From IMG/VR virus record IMGVR_UViG_3300044608_002311, positions 1-27,749 of that record: DNA of 27,749 bases; one strand, 5' to 3'. The notes beneath the pieces are model-generated. The model was given only the letters and a program-made list of their open reading frames with translations. It did not search any database and was not told the DNA's origin. Of this stretch, positions 1 to 8,601 are shown piece by piece (position 1 is the stretch's first letter; every line of letters begins with the position of its first letter). The translations under genes and the position numbers were made by a program. The stretch is from a virus. Taxonomy: Duplodnaviria > Caudoviricetes.

Positions 1-67
1 ATTTACAGCCAGCGTGCGACAGGCCCAAGTAGGCAACAAGTAACACAGTACATGCAGTCGAATAACG

Positions 68-218
68 GCTCTGCACCCCCGGCTAGTTGGTATCCAAACG
101 GCGATCCCTGGAGGAACCTGACAGCCAGGGAGGTCAACGAAGCGTTTGGCGACTAGCAGTTCATGCTCGGCAGTCGGAGGGAGAGGATCGGCTGTCGAGA
201 GTGTACGGTGCAAAGAGC
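68..218 (+). ncRNA. Candidate structured ncRNA (three-way junction)
   Basis: Nested helices: 68-77/207-218, 82-89/150-157, 94-100/143-149, 105-111/125-131 and 166-176/189-199, with several G-U pairs. No convincing ORF covers it. Family not recognised. Confidence 0.55.
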
Positions 219-247
219 GCACGCCGGACAAACGTAACCGGCAATAT

Positions 248-315
248 TGCGGGTGGGCTAGGCCCATCAGAGCCTCATAAGCTCCGACTGCTAGGTGCGA
301 TTCCTAGACCCGCAA
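248..315 (+). tRNA. Atypical tRNA-like gene, anticodon CAT (Met or Ile2)
   Basis: Acceptor stem TGCGGGT/ACCCGCA; anticodon arm GAGC-CTCATAA-GCTC; T arm CTAGG-TGCGATT-CCTAG. The D arm is shortened, the T loop is non-canonical and CCA is not encoded. Confidence 0.5.
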
Positions 316-317
316 CT

Positions 318-437
318 GGATCGGCGGCGTGGTGGGTCGGTTTGGTAATGCCTGCCCGGTGCGAATCCGGGGTAGCCACCAGAGTTAGCTTAGCAGGCTG
401 GCAGAGCATGGTTCAATTCCTGCCCGATCCTTTTTTT
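318..437 (+). ncRNA. tRNA-like RNA or tRNA remnant ending in a T-run
   Basis: GGATCGG (318-324) pairs with CCGATCC (424-430), which follows a GGTTCAATTCC T-loop arm. A second T-arm-like hairpin CCCGG-TGCGAAT-CCGGG lies at 355-371. No clear anticodon arm. Confidence 0.35.
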
Positions 438-463
438 GTTTACTTTCATCATTGGAGAAGATC

Positions 464-778
464 ATGCAAACTCACGAAGATTCACAACACATTTTTATGC
501 AGGAACTCAGGGAACGCGCAGCCAAGGCGAGGAGTGCATCAGCGTCAGTGATTGCGGCTGGAGAAAAGAACGAAAAAGAGCTTGGATCTTGGAAAGCGTC
601 GAACGGCGTTCATTGCAGCCATCTACCTGATGATCCCCAAGGAATCTTGCGATTGAGCATCGGAGGTGGCGAGCATCTTCCAGTGACGATGAATTACGTT
701 GTGGTTCGCGGGAAGATCGGACAATGTATCGAGTTACTAGAAAAGGCTCTTGTGGCGTTGCGTCAGTGCCCAGAGTAA
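464..778 (+). CDS. Hypothetical phage protein
   Basis: ATG at 464 after a GGAG RBS; open frame. Confidence 0.65.
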   Translation: MQTHEDSQHIFMQELRERAAKARSASASVIAAGEKNEKELGSWKASNGVHCSHLPDDPQGILRLSIGGGEHLPVTMNYVVVRGKIGQCIELLEKALVALRQCPE

Positions 779-790
779 GCGTTAAGTTCT

Positions 791-1076
791 TTTGCCAACC
801 CACTTCGGGGCGGCGTATGGAGGTTGATGATGGCGAAGCTGACGAACATTGATAAGAAATTGCTTAATTTGGTCGCGCGATCATCGTGCCGGATGATCGA
901 AGGAAATTTGCTATACCCATGTCACGATGAAATCGCTAAGCATTTTGAGAAAGCTAGCGAAGGTCTGTTTACTGTTTCCGAAATCAAAGGCAAGAAATAC
1001 GTGGGCGTTAGCGATGACGCAGAGGTTTTGATAGAGTGGTTGATTTAAGTTTGCCAACCCACTTCGGGGCGGCGTA
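791..1076 (+). repeat. 27-bp direct repeat TTTGCCAACCCACTTCGGGGCGGCGTA at 791-817 and 1050-1076
   Basis: Two identical copies flank ORF 827-1048. Confidence 0.95.
827..1048 (+). CDS. Hypothetical protein between direct repeats
   Basis: GGAGG RBS; fills the space between the repeats. Confidence 0.65.
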   Translation: MMAKLTNIDKKLLNLVARSSCRMIEGNLLYPCHDEIAKHFEKASEGLFTVSEIKGKKYVGVSDDAEVLIEWLI

Positions 1077-1140
1077 ATGAATGTGTGATCATGCGATAAA
1101 CCATCGCAGAAAAAAGCAATACTACTATTTTTGAGACAAT

Positions 1141-1725
1141 ATGAACAAGCGAAGAACAACAAAGCCGGTCACGATCGAGTTCATTAAGAGCCAATGCACG
1201 ATCGACGAAAAAGGGTGCTGGAATTGGAATCGTACTCAGTCTTGCGGGTACGGGAGAATCCGCAGGGAGAACAAGCTGCTTTGCGTTCATAGAGTGGCAT
1301 TCGAGGTAGCTCATCCAGAGCTAAACATGGAAGGCATCGACGTAAAGCACACTTGCGATAACCGGCTGTGCTGCAATCCCGAGCATATGAAAACGGTACA
1401 AAAGTGCTCTTTGATTGCTTCGAAGTCAAGCAAGTCTACGGCAACAAGCAACGCCGACGGGTCAGCAAAAAAGTACCGTTACACGATTGCAGTCTGCAAA
1501 CGTTGCCACCAAGACTACCGGTCGAGTGGCCTATCGGACATATGCCAGGATTGCTATCAAGGCCGAAAGCCGGATAGAAACCCGTATCGGTTCGCTCGAA
1601 CGCACCGGTGCCCGGATTGCGGCGTAGCGATCGAAACAAAAGAGTGCGTAGCCTGCAATACCTTGAAGATCATCGCCAAGCAGAAAAAGGAACAGCAAAA
1701 AACTTTGTTTGTAGTTGATGCTTGA
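1141..1725 (+). CDS. HNH endonuclease-like protein with C-terminal zinc-finger (CxxC) region
   Basis: CWNW..GYG..HRVAF..HTCDNRLCCNPEH is typical of phage HNH_3-type enzymes; four CxxC pairs follow. Confidence 0.8.
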   Translation: MNKRRTTKPVTIEFIKSQCTIDEKGCWNWNRTQSCGYGRIRRENKLLCVHRVAFEVAHPELNMEGIDVKHTCDNRLCCNPEHMKTVQKCSLIASKSSKSTATSNADGSAKKYRYTIAVCKRCHQDYRSSGLSDICQDCYQGRKPDRNPYRFARTHRCPDCGVAIETKECVACNTLKIIAKQKKEQQKTLFVVDA

Positions 1726-1777
1726 GTCGCTTCGGCGGCATTGTACAGATGGCCTAACCCAAGAAAGGAAACCAGCC

Positions 1778-2620
1778 ATGCTTGAGACTTCTAGTCAGAT
1801 TGAATTGTTGGCCGCAGCGTTAGCGGCTTTTCATGCCGAGTGTCCTACGATCACAAAAAACACGATGAACCCACTGTTCAGCAAGAAGTACGCTGACCTT
1901 TCGGACATTACATCGATCGTGAATCCGGTGCTAGCCAAGAACGGACTTACCGTTTTGCAAGTTCCTGTAGGGGATGAACAGTTGATGACAATGCTGTTGC
2001 ATGGTTCAGGCCAGTACATCAGGTCAACTGCGAATCTGCATTGCATGGATTCGGTTATCCGAAGGGGCAAGGACGGAAACGACGTTCGAGGGGTCAAGCC
2101 TCAGGACTACGGATCGGCGCTGACATATCAAAGGCGCTACGCACTTTCGGCAATCCTGAATCTTTGCATCGACGATGACGACGACGGGAACAGAGCGCAG
2201 AACGCTTTCCGGAAACAAAACACGTTTGCAGCACCTACTGAGCCGGTCGTTCCAGAAAACGCCTTCGATCCGAAGCCAAAGCAGGAATCGTCAGAACCGC
2301 CTAAGCCGGTCGAAAAACTAACCCAAGAAGCGATCGAAAAGTACTCGACGGATATCGACGGGGCCACCGAACAAACGATCGTGAAGATCGAGCAGGAAAT
2401 CAGTCAGCATGGTGTCAAGCAATCCCTTGCAAAAGATGATTGGAGCGTTCTGGCAGCAAAGCTGCTTGCTAGATGGTACGATGTTGCCGGTAATCCCAAG
2501 GTGCTCGGGACGGTCACGAATCGCGTGGTAGCGTACCGAGGCAAGGGACTCTTGGACGAGCATCAACTGAAATTCCTGCGGGACAAGTTGGCAGAACGAA
2601 CGGCAGCATTGAAAGGCTAG
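1778..2620 (+). CDS. erf: ERF-family single-strand annealing recombinase
   Basis: KYADL motif and the ERF signature GSALTYQRRYALSAILNL..DDDDGN; AGGA RBS before ATG 1778. Confidence 0.88.
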   Translation: MLETSSQIELLAAALAAFHAECPTITKNTMNPLFSKKYADLSDITSIVNPVLAKNGLTVLQVPVGDEQLMTMLLHGSGQYIRSTANLHCMDSVIRRGKDGNDVRGVKPQDYGSALTYQRRYALSAILNLCIDDDDDGNRAQNAFRKQNTFAAPTEPVVPENAFDPKPKQESSEPPKPVEKLTQEAIEKYSTDIDGATEQTIVKIEQEISQHGVKQSLAKDDWSVLAAKLLARWYDVAGNPKVLGTVTNRVVAYRGKGLLDEHQLKFLRDKLAERTAALKG

Positions 2621-2621
2621 C

Positions 2622-2915
2622 ATGCATCCGACGAAAACGGATTTTGATGTATTGGTTGAACTGACCGGTCAGGCCATGGCAGCATTTATATCGATCGATC
2701 CGCAGCAGGAATGGTCGATGGAAGAAATTGCTTCTATGGCGGTCGATCAGGCTTTGGAAACACAGCGAGAACTTAAGAGGCGAAAGCGTGACTATAGGCA
2801 AGAAAAAACTGGTAGCGGTGAGTCTGTTGAAACTGGACGAGAGACTCCAGTGCCGGGAGTCAGTCCCGGAAGAAACGATACGGGCCTACGAGGACGGATG
2901 GCGCGAAAAGATTGA
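2622..2915 (+). CDS. Hypothetical protein
   Basis: Starts just after the erf stop; its 3' part overlaps the next gene, so the true extent is uncertain. Confidence 0.45.
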   Translation: MHPTKTDFDVLVELTGQAMAAFISIDPQQEWSMEEIASMAVDQALETQRELKRRKRDYRQEKTGSGESVETGRETPVPGVSPGRNDTGLRGRMARKD

Positions 2916-3684
2916 GTTCCCACCTGTCGAGGCCTTTGAAGTCGAAGGGGAGCTTTACGTCACGGATGGATTTTGCCGGGTGCTATCGGCGCAGAACGTT
3001 GGAAAGTCCAAGGTTCCCTGTCTAGTCAGAAAGGGATCTTGGCAGGATGCGGTAGCGGCTGCGTGCGGGGCTAATTCGCAGCATGGCCTACCGAGGACGA
3101 ACGCCGACAAGCGAAAAGCGGCGACGATGGCGATACTCGAGTTTTCCGACAAGCCTAACCGAGAGATAGCCAGGATTTGCGGGGTGAGTCATACCTATAT
3201 CGACAATCTGCGAATTAAACAAAACGAGGCTGATGCGATCGTCGAGGCGATCACTGAGGGCAAGGAATTACCAGCGTCGAAGCCCAAGCCAAGCCCAAAG
3301 CCTAAAGCAGCCCCTAAGCCTGATGCGTCGATCGTATCACCCGCTGGTTGGAAGTGCTCGGACTGTCACGGCACAGAGCAACGATTGACTGATGGGGGAT
3401 ACGTTTGCCGGGCTTGCTTGTTGCCGGTTCCTGATGGGAATGTGGCTCAAGAACCAGAGCAAGAAACGCAGGATGACGAGGCCCAGGAAGATCCCTTTGC
3501 GATCGTCGCAGAGCCTCCGCAGGTGGCAACGTTGCCAGCCGGACAAGACCCGATATCTGAATGGATGCCAGGGGTTCATACCGCCTGGGGTAAATTCATT
3601 CGGGCTTGTTCCTTGGCGAAATGCGATCAGGTTTTGAGGGCCGAAATCGAATCGATCACGAAGAAGCTCAAGGGCCTTCGATGA
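2788..3684 (+). CDS. ParB/Srx-like N-terminal domain protein with HTH and C-terminal Zn ribbon
   Basis: FPPV..F......VTDGFCR (ParB-N DGxHR-like), ANSQHGLPRTNADKRKA, HTH NREIARICGVSHTYI, CSDC..CRAC. GTG start at 2788 is inferred. Confidence 0.75.
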   Translation: MTIGKKKLVAVSLLKLDERLQCRESVPEETIRAYEDGWREKIEFPPVEAFEVEGELYVTDGFCRVLSAQNVGKSKVPCLVRKGSWQDAVAAACGANSQHGLPRTNADKRKAATMAILEFSDKPNREIARICGVSHTYIDNLRIKQNEADAIVEAITEGKELPASKPKPSPKPKAAPKPDASIVSPAGWKCSDCHGTEQRLTDGGYVCRACLLPVPDGNVAQEPEQETQDDEAQEDPFAIVAEPPQVATLPAGQDPISEWMPGVHTAWGKFIRACSLAKCDQVLRAEIESITKKLKGLR

Positions 3685-3816
3685 TCGACCTAGAGGCCAG
3701 GATTGAGAACGAAACAAACGACTGTCATCATCGAGCCCCCGATGGTGACGATGACTAAACCAAGAAACGTGCGTCGGGGGCTTCGATGCATGACTTTGTT
3801 CGCCTGTTTTTAGGGA

Positions 3817-4101
3817 GTGATTATGTATTTAGTGGTAGTAAGCGGAGCGTTTGACGACGTGCCAGTTAGGTTGTTTAGAGCATTAAAGGAAGCAAAAGCG
3901 TATGCGAAACAGCGATGGGATTCAAAAGAAAACGAAGCAACAGAGGAGCTTTACAAAGATGCGTGGGATGCCAGTCAATCAGCCAGTCTACCGGCGATTA
4001 ACGAAATCGCCGGTGTTCGCATTTTGCGGTTTCGTGATGGCGTTCTGGTTGGGTGTGTCTGTCACATTAGCGGGAGAGTCAAAAGTGGAAATGTGGGTTA
4101 A
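3817..4101 (+). CDS. Hypothetical protein
   Basis: GGGAG RBS; open frame. Confidence 0.6.
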   Translation: MIMYLVVVSGAFDDVPVRLFRALKEAKAYAKQRWDSKENEATEELYKDAWDASQSASLPAINEIAGVRILRFRDGVLVGCVCHISGRVKSGNVG

Positions 4102-4255
4102 GCGTTTGACGTATGCAGGAGTTTGGGAAGTAGTCAACCAATCCGGTGAGGTCATGGCCGCAAGCCTAAGCAGTACCGATGTCGTTAGCGAAGCGAACGC
4201 AGAAGCGGCTAAACGTGGAATTGCAATGATGATCGTGACGGAAGATAAAAAATGA
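4091..4255 (+). CDS. Hypothetical protein
   Basis: Overlaps both neighbours as in coupled phage operons; ATG 4091 chosen. Confidence 0.5.
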   Translation: MWVKRLTYAGVWEVVNQSGEVMAASLSSTDVVSEANAEAAKRGIAMMIVTEDKK

Positions 4256-4458
4256 GCAACAAACCAAAGCCGCATCCGATGATGTGCGAGCGTAATGGAT
4301 GTGACAAGCAAGCCGATTACGATTGCGAACCGATTCCAGGAACCGCCGAACCTGGATGGGAAAATGAACCGACAGCGAGATGCGAAGAACACGCAAAAGG
4401 GCTGTTGATTCTTGGGAGAGTGACGCACGATCGTCGCGATCCTGGGGCAAAGTATTAA
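4252..4458 (+). CDS. Small Cys/His-rich hypothetical protein
   Basis: ATGA overlap with the previous stop; C..C and CEEH motifs. Confidence 0.6.
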   Translation: MSNKPKPHPMMCERNGCDKQADYDCEPIPGTAEPGWENEPTARCEEHAKGLLILGRVTHDRRDPGAKY

Positions 4459-4631
4459 GTCAGGCGAACAAAGTCCTGAGGCTTACGATCCATGCCGGTA
4501 CGCATCCGGACGACATAGATTTTTTGACCAAGCTGATGAACCTTTTTGTTCGCGGCGGAATTGTAGTGATAGACCCAGGGACAGCCACGGAGTTCGTTTA
4601 CGAGTCGCCTGGGCCAATTGAACCTGCATAG
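4380..4631 (+). CDS. Hypothetical protein (start uncertain)
   Basis: Fills a gap in the co-oriented operon. Confidence 0.4.
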   Translation: MRRTRKRAVDSWESDARSSRSWGKVLSQANKVLRLTIHAGTHPDDIDFLTKLMNLFVRGGIVVIDPGTATEFVYESPGPIEPA

Positions 4632-4640
4632 GGTGTTGTA

Positions 4641-4886
4641 ATGGCGCTTCGGATAATCAACGATAAGCGGTATTCGAGAGGTCGCTGGCGAGTCGTTGGT
4701 GACGATGGCGAGGCAATCCAAGTTCTCGAAACGATCAACACTCAAAACGGCCAGATAAAAGCAATGATGCCTTTTTGTGAGGACACAAAGGAAGAACTTC
4801 TTCGTCGTTTGCTGGATCTAGTCGAGGCACAAAACGAATTGATAAGGAAATATCGTGAGCAACTGGCCGCATCAAGACAGGGCTAA
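4641..4886 (+). CDS. Hypothetical protein with C-terminal coiled coil
   Basis: Open frame with heptad-like C-terminus. Confidence 0.6.
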   Translation: MALRIINDKRYSRGRWRVVGDDGEAIQVLETINTQNGQIKAMMPFCEDTKEELLRRLLDLVEAQNELIRKYREQLAASRQG

Positions 4887-6456
4887 AGAGCGAATCCGAG
4901 AGGCAAGGCTACGAGGCATCGGTGCCGTGATAGCAGCCGCACCATGCGGTGCCGGTAAGTCGCGAGTGATGCAGCAATTGGCCTGCGAAGAAGTTGACAA
5001 CGGGGGATCGGTGAGAATCTATCTCCACCGCACGATGCTAAAGGAACAGCTATCGGCAACGTTTACCACAGCCGGTATCGATCACGGCATTATGGCAGCA
5101 GGAAACGAGTACGATGAGTCCAAGCCGATTCAGATTTGCATGACGGACTCTGTGTTTGCTAGGGCGATCCGAGGGAGCAAGTGGGATCTAGGGAACCCGT
5201 CGCTGGTGATGTTCGATGAGGCCCACCTACAGGCCAAGAACAAAGCGATTTCGATCGTCAAAGGCGGGACTACGGCTTTCAATTCAACCTGGGATGGTCA
5301 TCAACAACGAGGCGCGTTCATCCTCGGTCTATCGGCAACGCCGGTTGGGTGCGGTGCTCTGTACGATGAAATGATCGACTTCGGGACATACTCGGAAATG
5401 CGATCGGTGAAGGCTCACTTGCCGGTAAGGGTCTACAGCCCAAGCGAAATTGATTGCTCGGGACTCAAGCAGGATATCGACAACGAATTTAGCTCTAAGC
5501 AACTAGAGCCGAGGGCTTACAAGATATTCGGGGATGCTTACGGGAATTGGAGAAAGCTGAACCCGGATAGCCTGCCAGCGATCCTGTTTGCTCCGTCGGT
5601 GCCTGCCTCAAGATGGTTCGCCGAAGAATGGGCCAAGATGGGCGTACCGGTTGCTCACATCGACGGGGAGACTTGCATGCTACCAAGCAGATCTTCGACC
5701 GGTGCAATCAAGATGGAGACCTACGACACAACCCAGGAGACCCGGCAACAGATCATGGATATGAGCCGAACCGGGGAAATCAAGGTTGTGATGAACCGGT
5801 TCATTTTGAGAGAGGCTATCGATATGCCTTGGCTGTATCACGGCATCGCGGCGACGGTGTTCGGGGGCATTGCGACCTATCTGCAGTCGGTCGGACGGAT
5901 CCAGCGGTATTTCCCTGAGTACGAGTACAAAATCTGGCAGAGTCACGGCGGTTGCTACTGGCGACACGGAAGCCCGAATATGGATCGAGACTGGGAACTA
6001 GGATGCACGAACAAAACGATCGCACAGGGCCGAGCCTCAAAGATAGCAAGGGCAGAGCGTCCTCAGGACGTTGAGGGAATTTGCTGTCCGAAATGCTCAG
6101 TATGGAGACAGTATGGAAAACGCTGTCCAGGTTGCGGTCACTCGCACGAGCAAAGCATCCGAAAGGTGCAAATGGTAAGCGGGGAATTGAAGTTGATGCG
6201 CGGAATCGTCAACAAGACAAAGAAAAAGGGCAAGCAGAAAACGTCCAACCAGATTTGGGTAAGCTGTCTTTTTGCGATGAGTCGATCAGGAAAGCCGGTC
6301 AGCAGTGCGGTATCGGTATGGCGTGCTCGATGTGCCAAAGAGGGCGTTTACCCGGACGTTAAAGAGCTTCGGTTCAAACCGCCTGAGGTTCATTCGATCG
6401 ATTGGCACAAGTTGGTCGCTGATGTGTTTCCGTGGACTAGGAAGCGGGTATCGTGA
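4855..6456 (+). CDS. Superfamily 2 DEAH helicase with C-terminal Zn finger (RadD/YejH-like phage helicase)
   Basis: Walker A APCGAGKS, motif II DEAH, motif III SAT, motif VI QSVGRIQR, CPKC..CPGC. Confidence 0.9.
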   Translation: MSNWPHQDRAKERIREARLRGIGAVIAAAPCGAGKSRVMQQLACEEVDNGGSVRIYLHRTMLKEQLSATFTTAGIDHGIMAAGNEYDESKPIQICMTDSVFARAIRGSKWDLGNPSLVMFDEAHLQAKNKAISIVKGGTTAFNSTWDGHQQRGAFILGLSATPVGCGALYDEMIDFGTYSEMRSVKAHLPVRVYSPSEIDCSGLKQDIDNEFSSKQLEPRAYKIFGDAYGNWRKLNPDSLPAILFAPSVPASRWFAEEWAKMGVPVAHIDGETCMLPSRSSTGAIKMETYDTTQETRQQIMDMSRTGEIKVVMNRFILREAIDMPWLYHGIAATVFGGIATYLQSVGRIQRYFPEYEYKIWQSHGGCYWRHGSPNMDRDWELGCTNKTIAQGRASKIARAERPQDVEGICCPKCSVWRQYGKRCPGCGHSHEQSIRKVQMVSGELKLMRGIVNKTKKKGKQKTSNQIWVSCLFAMSRSGKPVSSAVSVWRARCAKEGVYPDVKELRFKPPEVHSIDWHKLVADVFPWTRKRVS

Positions 6457-6944
6457 GCGAAGAAAAAGACGAATGGCTATCGTTTATCAGCCGTAAGCAG
6501 ATGGCTGGATGGTTGCTCTATAGCGATCAGGGCCTTCGATTCCTCAGTTATTTTCTCCGGAAGTTCTGGAAACATATTCTAGGGACAGAGGCCGGTAACG
6601 CTGCCTACGAGTGGATCCGAAGGCAGATCATCGAGGAACAGCAACAGAACCTCGTAGCGAGTAGAATCGTGATCGAGCTATTCCCGGACGGGTATATAAA
6701 GGTCTACGGAGAAAAAAGCGACATTGTTTTTATTGAGCGATTGAAGGTCGAAGGCGATCGCGCTTTGATGCTCGACGAAGAACTGGCAAGGATCAACTGC
6801 CCGATGAGGGCAAGAGGGGTATACGATGGCAGGGTGCTGGCAACGCATTTTTTCCGGGGGCGAACCGTGGGACAGGAAGTCGCAAGACAAGCGAGAATCG
6901 AGCTTGCAGGAGCAATCCGTCGATCGAATCCTAAGAAGGATTGA
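6453..6944 (+). CDS. Hypothetical protein
   Basis: GTGA overlap with the helicase stop; 163 aa. Confidence 0.65.
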   Translation: MSEEKDEWLSFISRKQMAGWLLYSDQGLRFLSYFLRKFWKHILGTEAGNAAYEWIRRQIIEEQQQNLVASRIVIELFPDGYIKVYGEKSDIVFIERLKVEGDRALMLDEELARINCPMRARGVYDGRVLATHFFRGRTVGQEVARQARIELAGAIRRSNPKKD

Positions 6945-6970
6945 GGACACTGGGAACATTGAACTTGTAA

Positions 6971-7471
6971 TTGACGCATTGGAGATCGTTGAGCATGACG
7001 GGGAAGCAGGATCGATTCACGAGACGTATCGTCCCTGGCAGGGAACCAAGGAAGCAGGCCTGCTCGACGAGCTTATCGAAGCCTTGGGAGCAAGACGACT
7101 ACAGCGCGAAGATTGAATACGATGCTATGCGGTCGCTATTCGATCGCTGTTGGGCCTGTGGCGCTCGGTCGAAGCCTCAAGGGTATTATGGGCCGTGGCT
7201 TATCGAACGTGCCCATATTGCGAACAAGCCTCGCAGGGAGGATCGCAGGTTGGTAGTCATGCTTTGCACGATTTGCCACAAGTGGAGTCATGGCGAACGG
7301 GTGGCAACGTTTCCACGACCGAAGCTCGATGCAGGGCATCTAGTGACCCTCAAGGCAGAGCGTGACCCGGAGTGGTTCGACTTGGAATTCATCAACAGGC
7401 ACTCAGTACGGATCTTGGAAGCCGAGCCGGTGCAGCCGTGGTACGAGCTAGAAAGAGGGAAATCGTGGTAA
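6971..7471 (+). CDS. HNH-like Zn-binding nuclease (true start possibly ATG 7127)
   Basis: RCWACG..IERAHI..LCTICH pattern. Confidence 0.65.
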   Translation: MTHWRSLSMTGKQDRFTRRIVPGREPRKQACSTSLSKPWEQDDYSAKIEYDAMRSLFDRCWACGARSKPQGYYGPWLIERAHIANKPRREDRRLVVMLCTICHKWSHGERVATFPRPKLDAGHLVTLKAERDPEWFDLEFINRHSVRILEAEPVQPWYELERGKSW

Positions 7472-7824
7472 TTGATCTACCGTGGCCCAGGGGCGTATCG
7501 GCTCAGAACAAGGGATCTTGGAGGAACAAGGCAAAACCGACATCGGATCTTCGGTTGATTGCCAAGATGATTTGCCTGGACTTGCTGGCGCGGGGCGGAA
7601 AGCCGATACCTGGGCCGCACGTGATTTACTACACGTTTTTTGTCGAGGATATGCGGAAACGGGATCGGGCAAACATGATCCAGCAATGCAAGCCGTTGAT
7701 TGATGGGGTGGTCGATTCGGGGGTGATCGAGGGCGACCATTGGGAGATATCCTGGATCGGGGCGGTCGAGGTCGTCCACCGAGCGAAAAAACCTGGGGTC
7801 AGGCTGGAAATTTTGCCGAAATAA
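7465..7824 (+). CDS. rusA: RusA-like Holliday junction resolvase
   Basis: LPWP N-terminus and RDRANM..KPLIDGVVDSGVIEGD match the RusA layout; GTG 7465 after AGAGGG. Confidence 0.75.
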   Translation: MVIDLPWPRGVSAQNKGSWRNKAKPTSDLRLIAKMICLDLLARGGKPIPGPHVIYYTFFVEDMRKRDRANMIQQCKPLIDGVVDSGVIEGDHWEISWIGAVEVVHRAKKPGVRLEILPK

Positions 7825-7845
7825 TCCCCTGGGGCGCGCCCAGTA

Positions 7846-7874
7846 TTCCGCTAGGTTCTGCCCTTGGTTATAAT
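7846..7874 (+). promoter_or_regulatory. Possible sigma70-type promoter TTCCGC-N17-TATAAT
   Basis: Perfect -10 at 7869-7874, weak -35; lies upstream of the sigma gene start at 7939. Confidence 0.3.
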
Positions 7875-7938
7875 GACCCAACGTGACGAGCTTTCGGGCT
7901 CGATTGTCTGTAATGAAAATCCTAGAAAGGTGCATAAA

Positions 7939-8397
7939 ATGCTTGATGTATTGGCAGGAATCGAAGGTGCTATTCGCTCGAAAATCCGCTCGGTTCAATC
8001 GAAGATAGACGTAGAGGACGTTTTGCAGGACGCAGCTATTGCGATCATGCAGGGCTACGAGCAGGCCCCACGAACCAAGGCGGTTTGGACTGCTCAATCG
8101 GCTAGGCGTTCTGCTTGGCGAGCATCGAGGCGGGATCATGTGTTTTTCGAGGATTCTTCGAAAAAGTTTGATGACAGCGATCCGTTGGCGGCATTGATAC
8201 AATGCGAGGAACTTGAGGCCCTGCAATCGGCGTTCGAGAAGATCGAGCCGCAGTACGCAGAGGTTCTCAAGATGCGATTCTACGAGGGCATGACCTTTGA
8301 GGAAATCGCAGAGGCGTTGGGGGTACGCCGAAACACGGCTGCCCGAAGGGTACGAAATGCACTTGAACAACTAAAGGGACTGATCTATGACCTGTGA
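7939..8397 (+). CDS. Phage-encoded ECF-like RNA polymerase sigma factor
   Basis: Region 2-like DVEDVLQDA and region 4 HTH VLKMRFYEGMTFEEIAEALGVRRNTAARRVRNAL; AAGGTG RBS before ATG 7939. Confidence 0.82.
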   Translation: MLDVLAGIEGAIRSKIRSVQSKIDVEDVLQDAAIAIMQGYEQAPRTKAVWTAQSARRSAWRASRRDHVFFEDSSKKFDDSDPLAALIQCEELEALQSAFEKIEPQYAEVLKMRFYEGMTFEEIAEALGVRRNTAARRVRNALEQLKGLIYDL

Positions 8398-8563
8398 GGA
8401 AAAACGAAAACAAGCTGAGGCAGAGTTCACGAAAAAGCTGGCTGCGTTGCAGAAGGGTTTCGACGAACTCCAAACGCAGATTGACGAGCAAAATCGAAGG
8501 TTCGAGGCCTTTGAAAAGCGTCTCGATGAGCGCGATCGGCTGGCAACGTTGCCAGAGGAATAA
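8387..8563 (+). CDS. 58-aa coiled-coil protein (not in the ORF track)
   Basis: Translated by hand: MTCEEKRKQAEAEFTKKLAALQKGFDELQTQIDEQNRRFEAFEKRLDERDRLATLPEE; overlaps the sigma stop. Confidence 0.6.
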   Translation: MTCEEKRKQAEAEFTKKLAALQKGFDELQTQIDEQNRRFEAFEKRLDERDRLATLPEE

Positions 8564-8601
8564 TAGGTTTTTTGATTCTTCAAAAGAAATTTGAGAAAAG
8601 T

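Noticed and set aside
87-551. 154-aa ORF
   Set aside because: Overlaps the structured RNA and tRNA-like elements, lacks an RBS and has no protein-like motifs.
7477-8370. 297-aa minus-strand ORF
   Set aside because: Antisense shadow of the rusA-like and sigma genes; no recognisable motifs.
8394-8594. 66-aa ORF in the track
   Set aside because: The alternative frame 8387-8563 has a better RBS and coiled-coil composition.
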